DNA of 62,969 nt, counting the filler. It is 5 parts of 5 records of this genome, joined end to end, with 100 filler letters (N's around TTAATTAATTAA, not from the genome) between each part and the next. Parts side by side here need not be neighbours in the genome. Positions count along the whole stretch, not along the records: positions 26,777 to 44,896 come from SRR31156797_25146; 4 more parts are not named here. The stretch is one strand, 5' to 3'. The stretch's first letter is position 1. The number at the start of each line of letters is the position of its first letter. This document shows positions 28,544 to 37,461 of the stretch, one piece after another. Under the pieces are notes generated by a model. It was given only the letters and a program-made list of their open reading frames with translations, ran no database searches and was not told the DNA's origin. A program made the position numbers and the translations under genes.

Positions 28544-28767
28544 CCAGTCACCACCTTAATTAAAGTTATAAATGATCCCCTCACTATAACCCTGTCGCGC
28601 TAGTTATTTTCATTTTCGCAATGTGTCAATATTGACGTTAAATAATACTACAACCGCACCAAGATACTTGTTCGACAAAATGTTAAATAAATTTATATGT
28701 AATTCGTAAACTTTACCCATTTTGATATCTGATCTATCATTCATCTAAGATTAGAAAAGGACGAACA

Positions 28768-29487
28768 ATGAAATTAAAAAAGATCGCCATAGTTGCAGCC
28801 ATGGAACAGGAAGCACAAGCTCTCTGCCCTGCACCGCAGAATGAAACCCTCGGGAAATTCCCGATTCTTTCAGGGACCCTCAAAAACAACATCAGCTATC
28901 GCTGCATCATTTCCGGAATCGGAATTGCTCGTGCTAGTGAGGCAGCAGAACTACTATGTGCTGAAAAGCCGGATTTAATCCTGAGTATAGGTGTTTCCGG
29001 AGGACTGGCAGCCGGACTCGAAGCTGGAGATCTTATAGCGGCTACCAGCATTCATTCTGATATTGCGGAATTTAATTCATGGTTTGAAAGCGATGATGAC
29101 GCAACAATGCGTAATGAATTGATTTCCAGCTGTGGAGAGATTCAATGCGGAAAATTGATCACTGCCAAAGAAGCCGTACTCACCCCGCAAGATAAATTGT
29201 TCATGCATGAACGGACCGGGGCACTGGCCGTAGATATGGAATCAATCGCAGTGGCACAGACTGCAAAAAAAATCGGAATACCCTTCGACTGCATCCGGGC
29301 CATCAGTGACGACTCCAAACGGGGCATCCCTCAAGAGTCGCTGGCTGGCGTAGATGAGTCAGGAAAGACGCAGCTCAGCCCCATTTTGAAAGCAATCATG
29401 AAACGCCCCGGCCTGATATTGGAATTGATTCCCATGGGTAGAGATTATTCAAAGGCTTTGAAGGCTTTGGGGGAGATTTTAAAATAA
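28768..29487 (+). CDS. hpnG: Hopanoid-associated nucleosidase/phosphorylase HpnG-like
   Basis: AAMEQEA, SGIG, GVSGGL, AVDMES, IRAISDD (PNP/MTA-nucleosidase fold); convergent with hpnH. Confidence 0.75.
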   Translation: MKLKKIAIVAAMEQEAQALCPAPQNETLGKFPILSGTLKNNISYRCIISGIGIARASEAAELLCAEKPDLILSIGVSGGLAAGLEAGDLIAATSIHSDIAEFNSWFESDDDATMRNELISSCGEIQCGKLITAKEAVLTPQDKLFMHERTGALAVDMESIAVAQTAKKIGIPFDCIRAISDDSKRGIPQESLAGVDESGKTQLSPILKAIMKRPGLILELIPMGRDYSKALKALGEILK

Positions 29488-29525
29488 AAAAGGCCCGTTA
29501 AAGAAAACTTCAACGGGCCTTTTTT
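29486..29525. terminator. Bidirectional terminator between hpnG and hpnH
   Basis: AAAAAAGGCCCGTT...AACGGGCCTTTTTT. Confidence 0.88.
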
Positions 29526-29540
29526 CTAAATTATTCAAAA

Positions 29541-30557
29541 CTATTTTACGCATACACCTTTCAGAGCAAGCATAGCTCCTTTAATGGGACGCCTTACTGA
29601 GTCTGCAACCGCTGTGGGTTCGAAACCGCAGTGAACCATGCAGTTTGCGCAGCGGGGATCGTTGCCCACGCCGAACTTATCCCAATCGGTCTGCTCCATG
29701 AGTTCCTTGTAGGAAGACACAAAGCCGTCTTCAAGCAGGTAGCAGGGACGCTGCCAGCCATGCACGGAACGACAGGGGTTCCCCCAAGGAGAGCATTTGT
29801 AGTCCGGCTGGTTTCCAGCAAGAAAATCAAGATAAAAGCTGCTGTGGCTGAAATCCCAATTCTTGCTCTTGCCGATGGTGAAAATTTCACGGAAAAGTTT
29901 TTCACTCTGTGGACGGGTCAGGAAAGCATCCTGATCTTCCGCTGCTTCGTAGCTGAAGGCAGAAGAAAGGGTCATGCCGTCAACATTGAGATCCATGAGG
30001 AAATCAAAAAAATCAGCAGCCTTTTCAGCAGTCTGGCCGCCAAAAAGAGTAGTATTGGTGTTTACCCGGAATCCCTTGGACTTGAGCAGTTTAATGGTAC
30101 GTACAGCGGAATCAAAAACACCCTGTTTGCAAACGACCTTGTCGTGAACTTCAGCAGGACCGTCCAGATGGAGGTTGAAGGTCAGATACGGGCTGGGCTT
30201 GAACTCGTGGATACGCTCAGGCATGAGGATGCCGTTGGTGCAAAGATAAACGAATTTTTTACGCTTGATCAGCTCGCTGACGATCGTCGGGATCTCGGGG
30301 TGCAGCAGCGGCTCACCACCGGGAATGGAGACAATAGGTGCGCCGCACTCTTCCACAGCGTCAATGCACTCCTGAACGGAAAGACGCTTGTTGAGAATTT
30401 CCGGCGGCTGGTTGACCTTACCACAGCCCTTGCAACGCAGGTTGCACTGAAACAGGGGTTCGAGCATAAGCACCAGAGGGTAATGCTTGTTACCTTTAAG
30501 AGTCTGAGTGAGAATGTATTTACCGAGTCTTGCTACTTGAATTGCAGGAATTGCCAA
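29541..30557 (-). CDS. hpnH: Adenosyl-hopene transferase (radical SAM) HpnH
   Basis: YPLVLMLEPLFQCNLRCKGCGK, ECGAPIVSIPGGEPLLH, CSPWGNP, GWQRPCYLL, CANCMVHCGFEPTAV. Confidence 0.93.
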   Translation of the reverse strand: MAIPAIQVARLGKYILTQTLKGNKHYPLVLMLEPLFQCNLRCKGCGKVNQPPEILNKRLSVQECIDAVEECGAPIVSIPGGEPLLHPEIPTIVSELIKRKKFVYLCTNGILMPERIHEFKPSPYLTFNLHLDGPAEVHDKVVCKQGVFDSAVRTIKLLKSKGFRVNTNTTLFGGQTAEKAADFFDFLMDLNVDGMTLSSAFSYEAAEDQDAFLTRPQSEKLFREIFTIGKSKNWDFSHSSFYLDFLAGNQPDYKCSPWGNPCRSVHGWQRPCYLLEDGFVSSYKELMEQTDWDKFGVGNDPRCANCMVHCGFEPTAVADSVRRPIKGAMLALKGVCVK

Positions 30558-30596
30558 GGTCTTAACCTCATTTCCGCCGCATGGGGACGGGTTGTA

Positions 30597-31316
30597 TTAT
30601 TCAGCTGTCTTCTGCCCCTCACAGGCTTTGACCAGCTTTTTACAGGAATCAACTTTTAATAATTTTGCATCAAAGCATTTGCTTTGCAGAGCCTCATCAT
30701 AATGAACGCAGGCTTCTTCAACTTCATCATCTTCCAGCAACGCAGTTGCGAAACCGAGACGATTCATGGCGAAGTTCGGCGCGACTTTAACGGCCTTTTC
30801 ATAATATTCTAAGGCATTGTCCATATCCCCGATGCTGATAGGCGCGGAAGGAGCCTTCAAATAAAGCTCACCCAGAAAACGATCCGGGCCGCCGTGATCT
30901 ACTTCCGGAGAAAGCTTGGACGCTGCGATTGCTTCTTGCTCCATCCGGGGCACAAGGTCAAGACCCTTCATAGGAGCAAACTGAGCCTCTTTAGCAATTA
31001 AATAAGCCAAAAGATAGTGTCCCAGACCGGATTGAGGATTTTTAGCCAGATATTTTTCCAGTTTTGCCTGCGACGATTTCGCATAATCGGCACTCTTAAC
31101 TGCCCCGCTTTCCAGCAGCCACGTGGAACAGGCCGCTCCCTGCAAAATATCTTTATCCTTAGGAGAATTAGAGAGCACTTCGGCCTGAGCCTTAGAACAA
31201 GGCTTCCAAAGAACCACTCCACCTGCATTGTATTCATAAAGCGGCAGCTCATACTTTGCGGAACAGCCGCAAAGCAGTACCACAATCAGTAATGGTAAAA
31301 GACGCAGCCCCTTCAT
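30597..31316 (-). CDS. TPR-like lipoprotein of unknown function
   Basis: Lipobox LCGC; helical repeats; GGPDRFLGELYLKAP...GD...ALEYYEKAV. Confidence 0.7.
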   Translation of the reverse strand: MKGLRLLPLLIVVLLCGCSAKYELPLYEYNAGGVVLWKPCSKAQAEVLSNSPKDKDILQGAACSTWLLESGAVKSADYAKSSQAKLEKYLAKNPQSGLGHYLLAYLIAKEAQFAPMKGLDLVPRMEQEAIAASKLSPEVDHGGPDRFLGELYLKAPSAPISIGDMDNALEYYEKAVKVAPNFAMNRLGFATALLEDDEVEEACVHYDEALQSKCFDAKLLKVDSCKKLVKACEGQKTAE

Positions 31317-32113
31317 TATTTCAAATCCTTGTCAGCGGGATTGAAGCCGGAAGTCTGCAACAGCTTGAGCAGTTCCTTTGCAGCAGGGTCTTTGTCCATA
31401 TCTAAAAGCACTGCCTGCAAACGGAAAGCATCATCAGTGGTCTTACCAAACCAAACAACTGGGCTGTTGGACAATTCGGTTGAAGTATAAATCACTTTGG
31501 TCCCGGAATAACGGTCTGAATCCTTGATCACTGAGTACTGCACAGCATCAAGCACCACACCGGAAACCTTCCCTTTATTGACCTTCCTGAGCATGCGTAA
31601 AGCCTTGTGCGTACCTTCCACGGCGAACTCTCCACCCTTTTTACCACTGAACAAAATCCCTAGAGACTTCGGGGTATAAAGCATGGAACCGTAGACTGTA
31701 CCCTGAACACCTCCCGGTGAATCCGGTCCATTGGCAGGAACGATCAAACGCCAGACATCCTTTTCCATGCCCTGCGGCAGAGTCGAGGCCACCGGGGTCA
31801 TGGAAAATTCAGCCGCATACGAATCAAAAAAGGTCAGCCCGGTGATAGCCCAGGCAGGCTTGTCTTTACCAAGGCTCTTAATTGCCGCGTTCAAGTCATT
31901 GTAATAAAAACCCTTCACTTCCTCACCCAGTTTGCCGGAAAGATACTTAGCCAGCTCATCCATAACCGGCTGCGCTTCGGCAGTGGTTCCCGGCTGACCA
32001 GGCTGGATAATAGCGAAATCAAATCGTCCACCCGAAGCAGCAGAACAGATAGACGCAACAGAACTCAATCCAAGGACCAGAACAAATGCAAGTGCGATAA
32101 TTCTTCTGAACAT
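31316..32113 (-). CDS. Periplasmic solute-binding-fold protein (PhnD/SsuA-like)
   Basis: Signal peptide; LAKYLSGKLG...; C-terminal LLDMDKDPAAKELLKLLQTSGFNP. Confidence 0.6.
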   Translation of the reverse strand: MFRRIIALAFVLVLGLSSVASICSAASGGRFDFAIIQPGQPGTTAEAQPVMDELAKYLSGKLGEEVKGFYYNDLNAAIKSLGKDKPAWAITGLTFFDSYAAEFSMTPVASTLPQGMEKDVWRLIVPANGPDSPGGVQGTVYGSMLYTPKSLGILFSGKKGGEFAVEGTHKALRMLRKVNKGKVSGVVLDAVQYSVIKDSDRYSGTKVIYTSTELSNSPVVWFGKTTDDAFRLQAVLLDMDKDPAAKELLKLLQTSGFNPADKDLK

Positions 32114-32116
32114 AGA

Positions 32117-34813
32117 TTACTTTCCTTTAATCCTTTCAATCAGTCTGAACACGGCTGGCAAGACCACCATGCAACCAACAAGACAGGTAGCGGAACCGGT
32201 AACCATAATCCCGCCCAGCGAAGCAAGACCTCGGTGATGGGCCAGAAGCAGGCCGCCAAAACCGATCATGGTTGTACAAAAACTAAGTCCCACCGCCACG
32301 GGGGTGCTGGTATCGTAAAGACGTTCCCCTTTGGAAAGCTCCTTCCAACGGGCCAGAAAATGTACTCCGCCGTCAACACCGATAGCGATAAGTACAGGAA
32401 TAGCAAAGAAATTGGCTAAGTTAAAACTCAGTCCGGTCATTCCCATAATCTCCAACAGCCAGAATATTCCGGCAAAAAGCGGAACAAGGGTCAGCAGCAC
32501 GTAACTGATGCTGAAAGAACTGAGAAACAGGATCACTGAAACCAGAATGATAGTCAGCCCGGCAGCCTCAAGGAATGTCTCACGCATGAGCAGGGAAGAT
32601 TCAAGGACCACCACCGGAACGCCGGTCACTTCGGGATCGATCTTGCGCAGATCAGCCACGAAACCGGTCAACTTGTCGAAATCCCAAATGTTTTCCACCG
32701 GGGAAATCTTGACCATGAAACTGCCATCCTTGCCCACATAGAGGGAACGGAGATGGTCGGGCAAATCGTCTGGCCCAACGGATTGTACTTCCAGAATCTC
32801 CTTGAGCCAGGAAAAGGAGCTGGAAAGTTCACTAACCATACGGGCCTGCAACGGGGTCAAGTTGACCGCATCCGCAGGATTATTCTGTAAAATTTCAAGG
32901 CATGCGTCAGCCCGGTCAATAATTCCACCAACCTGATCCAGTTCCTTCTTAGCCCCAGCGGAAAAAAGCTTTTCCTCGAGACCTTCAAGGGATTCAATCA
33001 AGTTTTCAAGAGAAGCGGCTACTTCGGAAGGCACAAGATAGGAATTGCGGGCATCAAGATTGATTCCCTGCAAAACCTCGGCTTCGCCACGCAAAATTTC
33101 TGCTTTCTCTTTTTGTCCTTCAGGCAGGAAATCCAGAATGGATTCAACACGCCCAACAGAGGGAACCTGTTTAAGGTCTGCAATCAACGACTTTACAGAC
33201 TCAAGGTCCGGGCGGGTCATGACTGCAAACCATGTAGACTCATCGGAATCATTGATCAGCACATGTTCGTACTCAACAGACTCCAGCCCCTTGGCCTGTA
33301 ATTCCAATAGATTATAATTAAACCCGGCCTTCTGAAAACCGGGAAAAGCCAGCGCAGTAAGCAAACCGAAAACGAGCAGTACAGTCACCGGACGGGAAAT
33401 GACCTTTTCCATAAACGGCAAGGTCGCCATGCGCGGCCGTGAGGATGGGAACCAATTACGTCTGCCTGCGATAAGCATCATGGACGGCAGTACAGTGAGC
33501 ATGGAGATCAGACAAAAGATGATGCCGGTTCCGCCCACAAGGCCCAACTCCGAAAGACCGACAAATTCCTGCCCAATTACAGCATAAAAGGCGCAAACCG
33601 AAGTCAGTCCGCCCAGCAGCACTCCGGGACCGGTATGGACCAAAGCTTCTTCCACAGCCTCATCCGGAGACAGACCGGAATCGGAAGCTTCCACATAACG
33701 CATGACAATATGGATACCGAAATCTACCCCGATACCAACCAACACAAGGGCAAAGACAATGGACAACAGATTCAGGCTGCCCAGCGTGACCAGCGTAAAT
33801 CCAAAAGTCCAAGCCATAGCGCAAAAGAGCGACCCCATAACCAGCATGGGCCGCAGCCAGCCATGGAGGATAAACATAAACAGCAGCCCTACCGCAACCA
33901 CCGAAATTATGGCCGCAATGGTCATATCCTGATCCGTAGTATGCATTTCATCAGCGGAAAGCACAGGACGCCCGGTCAAACCGGCTTCAATTTCCGGAAA
34001 TTCTGCACGGGCTGTTTCTAACGAAGAACGCACGAAATTAAGCGAAGGACCAATCACATCCATGACCCGGAAATCCTTCTTGGGCAGAATACGCATGATC
34101 AGCAGCTTGTTATTGCGGGTAAAGAAATACTGAATTCCGGCCTTATCCAGATCGAAAACCGGGGCATTCATGGTTTCCAGTGTCGGACCGGAAACAAGGG
34201 AAGACTGCATTTCGCCCACTAGGTTATCCAGAGCACCTATGAATGGGCCGAACATTTCCGAATCAACACTGCCGCCCTTTTCGCCCCCCTTCTCACCATT
34301 AATCAGCCCTGCTGTCATATCCAGAAAACGGGATAATCCCGGAGCTTCGAACCACTCCCTGCCCAGCGGACCGAAATCACGGGCAAGAGCCACAAACTGG
34401 CGCAACTCATCCGGGGAAGCGAACATGAGCACCCCCGGTCCCATGTCACGGGCGGACATGGCATAATGCACTTCTTTGACCAGATCGGGCCTTTTATTAA
34501 GCTTTGTGGCGAGAGTTGAAGCAAACTTTGCGGCCTTGGTTTTGCCAGCTTCAGTCCCCCCGGTCTTAATCACCACAAACATGTATTCCTGATCACCGAA
34601 ATTCCTGATCTGCTCAAGGTTGCGCTTTTGAAAGGGAAGTTCGTGGGAAATGAGGTTGTCCTGATCACTATCCAGCTTGAGCCAGAGAGCGGAAGAGCCA
34701 GCGCAAACCGCAGCCAGCAATACAGCACAAATGACAATGGCAACAGGTGCCTTACGAACCAGCTTCCATATGAAGCGGATCATTTTTTCTAGAAAACTAT
34801 AAAAAATATTCAT
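32117..34813 (-). CDS. hpnN: MMPL/RND hopanoid transporter HpnN-like
   Basis: Two TM bundles; LTGRPVLSADE, GIGVDFGIH, IGVDGGVH, HRGLASLG; hopanoid gene context. Confidence 0.85.
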   Translation of the reverse strand: MNIFYSFLEKMIRFIWKLVRKAPVAIVICAVLLAAVCAGSSALWLKLDSDQDNLISHELPFQKRNLEQIRNFGDQEYMFVVIKTGGTEAGKTKAAKFASTLATKLNKRPDLVKEVHYAMSARDMGPGVLMFASPDELRQFVALARDFGPLGREWFEAPGLSRFLDMTAGLINGEKGGEKGGSVDSEMFGPFIGALDNLVGEMQSSLVSGPTLETMNAPVFDLDKAGIQYFFTRNNKLLIMRILPKKDFRVMDVIGPSLNFVRSSLETARAEFPEIEAGLTGRPVLSADEMHTTDQDMTIAAIISVVAVGLLFMFILHGWLRPMLVMGSLFCAMAWTFGFTLVTLGSLNLLSIVFALVLVGIGVDFGIHIVMRYVEASDSGLSPDEAVEEALVHTGPGVLLGGLTSVCAFYAVIGQEFVGLSELGLVGGTGIIFCLISMLTVLPSMMLIAGRRNWFPSSRPRMATLPFMEKVISRPVTVLLVFGLLTALAFPGFQKAGFNYNLLELQAKGLESVEYEHVLINDSDESTWFAVMTRPDLESVKSLIADLKQVPSVGRVESILDFLPEGQKEKAEILRGEAEVLQGINLDARNSYLVPSEVAASLENLIESLEGLEEKLFSAGAKKELDQVGGIIDRADACLEILQNNPADAVNLTPLQARMVSELSSSFSWLKEILEVQSVGPDDLPDHLRSLYVGKDGSFMVKISPVENIWDFDKLTGFVADLRKIDPEVTGVPVVVLESSLLMRETFLEAAGLTIILVSVILFLSSFSISYVLLTLVPLFAGIFWLLEIMGMTGLSFNLANFFAIPVLIAIGVDGGVHFLARWKELSKGERLYDTSTPVAVGLSFCTTMIGFGGLLLAHHRGLASLGGIMVTGSATCLVGCMVVLPAVFRLIERIKGK

Positions 34814-34952
34814 TAAATTATGCCCGCTGTGGTAGGACCGTCAGGGGTCTTTTTTAAACAGGGTGAATAATCAAAGAAGGCAAACTATCATACAGTTTGC
34901 CTTCTATCATTACCACGAATCTCAGTTTTCCGCATAGAAATGGAAAGTCTAA

Positions 34953-36335
34953 TTATGAAGTCTTAGCTGTACGGATTCCAAGGTCCTTCACAGTCTTCCA
35001 TGCGGAACCGGTGATCTTGTGCGCTTCCTTGAGCACATCATCCATGGCAGCGAGGAATTTATCCACGTCCTCATCGTTGATCATCAACGGAGGCAAAAAC
35101 TTAACAGTATCAAGACCGTGTCCGGCAACCTGACTGAGAATGTTATGTTTCTCCAGCAAAGGCATAGTGATCATCTGACAAAAAAGGTCATCATTCATTT
35201 TATGCAGCAACTTCCAGCTAGCCTTGAGAGCCATAGATTTGGGTTCACCGAACTGCATGCCGATCATAAGTCCTTTAGCTCGGACATCGGTCAGCATTTC
35301 GTACTTATCGGCAAGCTTCTGCAAACCTTCTTCTATACGCTGGCCCATCTTAGCGGCATTTTCCACCAGATTTTCCTTTTCAAGAACTTCAAAGGTAGCC
35401 AGTCCGGCTGCCATGGCCAAATCGTTCTGCCCGAAGGTATTAGAATGAGCAAAACAGCGTTCCATGGAATCGAAAATTTTGCCGTGAATCTCACGGGTGG
35501 TGATGATTGCGCCCACCGGGATAAAACCACCGGAAAGAGCCTTGGAAATAACCAGAATGTCCGGCTGTACTCCCCAATGGTCTACGGCAAACATCTTCCC
35601 GGTACGTCCCATACCACACTGGACTTCATCAGCGATCATGCAGGTTCCGTACTTGTCGCAAAGTTCACGCACACCCTCAAGGTAGCCCTCTTCAGGCACA
35701 AAAACACCCTTGCCTTGTACGGTTTCAAATATGAATGCGCCCACGTCACCACCCTTAAGAGCTTCTTCCAACGCTTCAAGGTCGTTAAACGGCACAGGCA
35801 CACAATCGGGCAAAAGCGGTTCGTTACGGTCCCTGAATTCACGGTTGGCATTAACTGACAGGGAACCAAGAGTCAGCCCATGGAAAGCATGGTGGCAGTG
35901 GACCAGCTTATGTTTGCCGCTGGCCTGACGGGCGAATTTTAGAGCGCCTTCAACCCCTTCAGTACCGGAATTGGTAAAAAAGACGGCTTCAAGATCACCG
36001 GGAGCAAGCTCTGCCAATTTTTCTGCCAGCATGCCGGACATAACCCCAAGGTCCATTTGCACGATACTGGCGGTCTTCTCATCCATAACTTCCTTAAGCA
36101 CCTCGGCAACATAAGGATGGTTGCGTCCGATGTTGTAGACACCGAAGCCGGACAGGAAATCAAGGACCTTAACGCCATTGGCATCGGTCAGGTATGCACC
36201 TTCGGAGGAGACATAATTACGGTCATAACCGATAACTTCAAGGACCCGCACAAACTGGGGGTTCACATACTTGCGGTGCAGCTCATACGCTTCCGCCATT
36301 CTTTCTCTATATTTATTAACAATCTCAGAACTCAT
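34953..36335 (-). CDS. hpnO: Class III PLP aminotransferase, HpnO-like
   Basis: DFLSGFGV..GRNHP, NSGTE, FHGLTLG, ADEVQCGMGRTG, SKALSGG, HSNTF. GGAG favours ATG 36335. Confidence 0.82.
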   Translation of the reverse strand: MSSEIVNKYRERMAEAYELHRKYVNPQFVRVLEVIGYDRNYVSSEGAYLTDANGVKVLDFLSGFGVYNIGRNHPYVAEVLKEVMDEKTASIVQMDLGVMSGMLAEKLAELAPGDLEAVFFTNSGTEGVEGALKFARQASGKHKLVHCHHAFHGLTLGSLSVNANREFRDRNEPLLPDCVPVPFNDLEALEEALKGGDVGAFIFETVQGKGVFVPEEGYLEGVRELCDKYGTCMIADEVQCGMGRTGKMFAVDHWGVQPDILVISKALSGGFIPVGAIITTREIHGKIFDSMERCFAHSNTFGQNDLAMAAGLATFEVLEKENLVENAAKMGQRIEEGLQKLADKYEMLTDVRAKGLMIGMQFGEPKSMALKASWKLLHKMNDDLFCQMITMPLLEKHNILSQVAGHGLDTVKFLPPLMINDEDVDKFLAAMDDVLKEAHKITGSAWKTVKDLGIRTAKTS

Positions 36336-36538
36336 TTTTTCAGGCTCCAATTTATATCAATATTAACTGCTAAATGATTTTCGGGGAAAATACCCCCCTT
36401 CCCCCTTGGGGTCAATGGGTTATCACCGGGTTAAAGTCAAAACAAGCTCATTGCAAAATAAAACGATGAAATGTAGTATAAATAAGTTAAACAGAAAACA
36501 AAACGGCGACACATGCCGTAAAATATATGGAGGCCGAA

Positions 36539-37387
36539 ATGGTTGAAGTTATCAGGGCTAAAACAGCCGGATTCTGCATGGGCGTAGACCTTGCCCTTAA
36601 CAAACTGGATTCCCTCATTGAAAAAGATGAAAACAGGAAAATATACATTTTAGGACCGATCATCCACAATCCTCAGGTTCTTGAAGATTATGAAAAACAG
36701 GGTGTCTTCACCGCCAAGACTCCGGATGAAGTACCTGATGGTGCCTACGTGGTAATCCGTGCCCACGGCATACCTAAGGCTGTAGAAGAAGACCTGCGCA
36801 AGCGCGGAGTAAACGTCATTGACGCCACCTGCCCCAAAGTAAAAAAAGCGCAGCTGCTCATCCAGCGCAACACTGAAGATGACCGCGTGCTACTCCTTTA
36901 CGGCGAAGACAGCCATCCGGAAGTAAAAGGATTACTTAGCTACGGCCCTGCAGGCCCGCATCTTTTTGATTCCCTTGAAGAACTTCAGGCCATTAATCTG
37001 GACCCGAACCAAAAATACTGCCTCGCAGCCCAGACAACTCAGGATCGCGCGATTTATGATGACTGCATCAATTATCTTGAAAGCAAAGGGCTTGATTTCG
37101 TAACTCTGAAAACCATCTGCGACGCAACCCGCCAGCGTCAGGACGAAGCAATCTCTCTTTCCGAAGAAGTGGACCACATGATCGTTGTGGGCGGCCGCAT
37201 TTCCGGCAATACCCGCCGTCTCGTGCAGGTGGTGGAAACCGCTGGCACCCAATGCACCCACGTAGAAATTGCCGATGAGCTTCCTCTTGAAGAACTCAAA
37301 AAAATGAAAAAAATAGGTCTCACCGCCGGGGCTTCCACTCCCAAACGTCTGGTAGATTCCATCCAGCAGATTCTGGAAGATTTGTAA
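36539..37387 (+). CDS. ispH: 4-hydroxy-3-methylbut-2-enyl diphosphate reductase
   Basis: AGFCMGV, IIHN, RAHG, DATCP, HPEV, QTT, TICDAT..RQ, TAGASTP. Confidence 0.96.
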   Translation: MVEVIRAKTAGFCMGVDLALNKLDSLIEKDENRKIYILGPIIHNPQVLEDYEKQGVFTAKTPDEVPDGAYVVIRAHGIPKAVEEDLRKRGVNVIDATCPKVKKAQLLIQRNTEDDRVLLLYGEDSHPEVKGLLSYGPAGPHLFDSLEELQAINLDPNQKYCLAAQTTQDRAIYDDCINYLESKGLDFVTLKTICDATRQRQDEAISLSEEVDHMIVVGGRISGNTRRLVQVVETAGTQCTHVEIADELPLEELKKMKKIGLTAGASTPKRLVDSIQQILEDL

Positions 37388-37405
37388 GATCTGTAAAGAG
37401 CAAAG

Positions 37406-37443
37406 AAAAAGGCCCGTAACTCGGAAGAGTTACGGGCCTTTTT
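37406..37443. terminator. Bidirectional terminator
   Basis: AAAAAGGCCCGTAACTC-ggaa-GAGTTACGGGCCTTTTT between convergent genes. Confidence 0.9.
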
Positions 37444-37461
37444 AAATTCATAAGCAAAACC

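Noticed and set aside
28768-30557. Linking the HpnG-like nucleosidase or the radical SAM genes to the BMC as its 5-deoxyribose source
   Set aside because: They lie on different contigs, probably from different organisms. Hopanoid context explains them, and HpnH incorporates the adenosyl group rather than releasing it.
29631-30659. 342-aa plus-strand ORF
   Set aside because: Antisense shadow of hpnH with no recognisable motifs.
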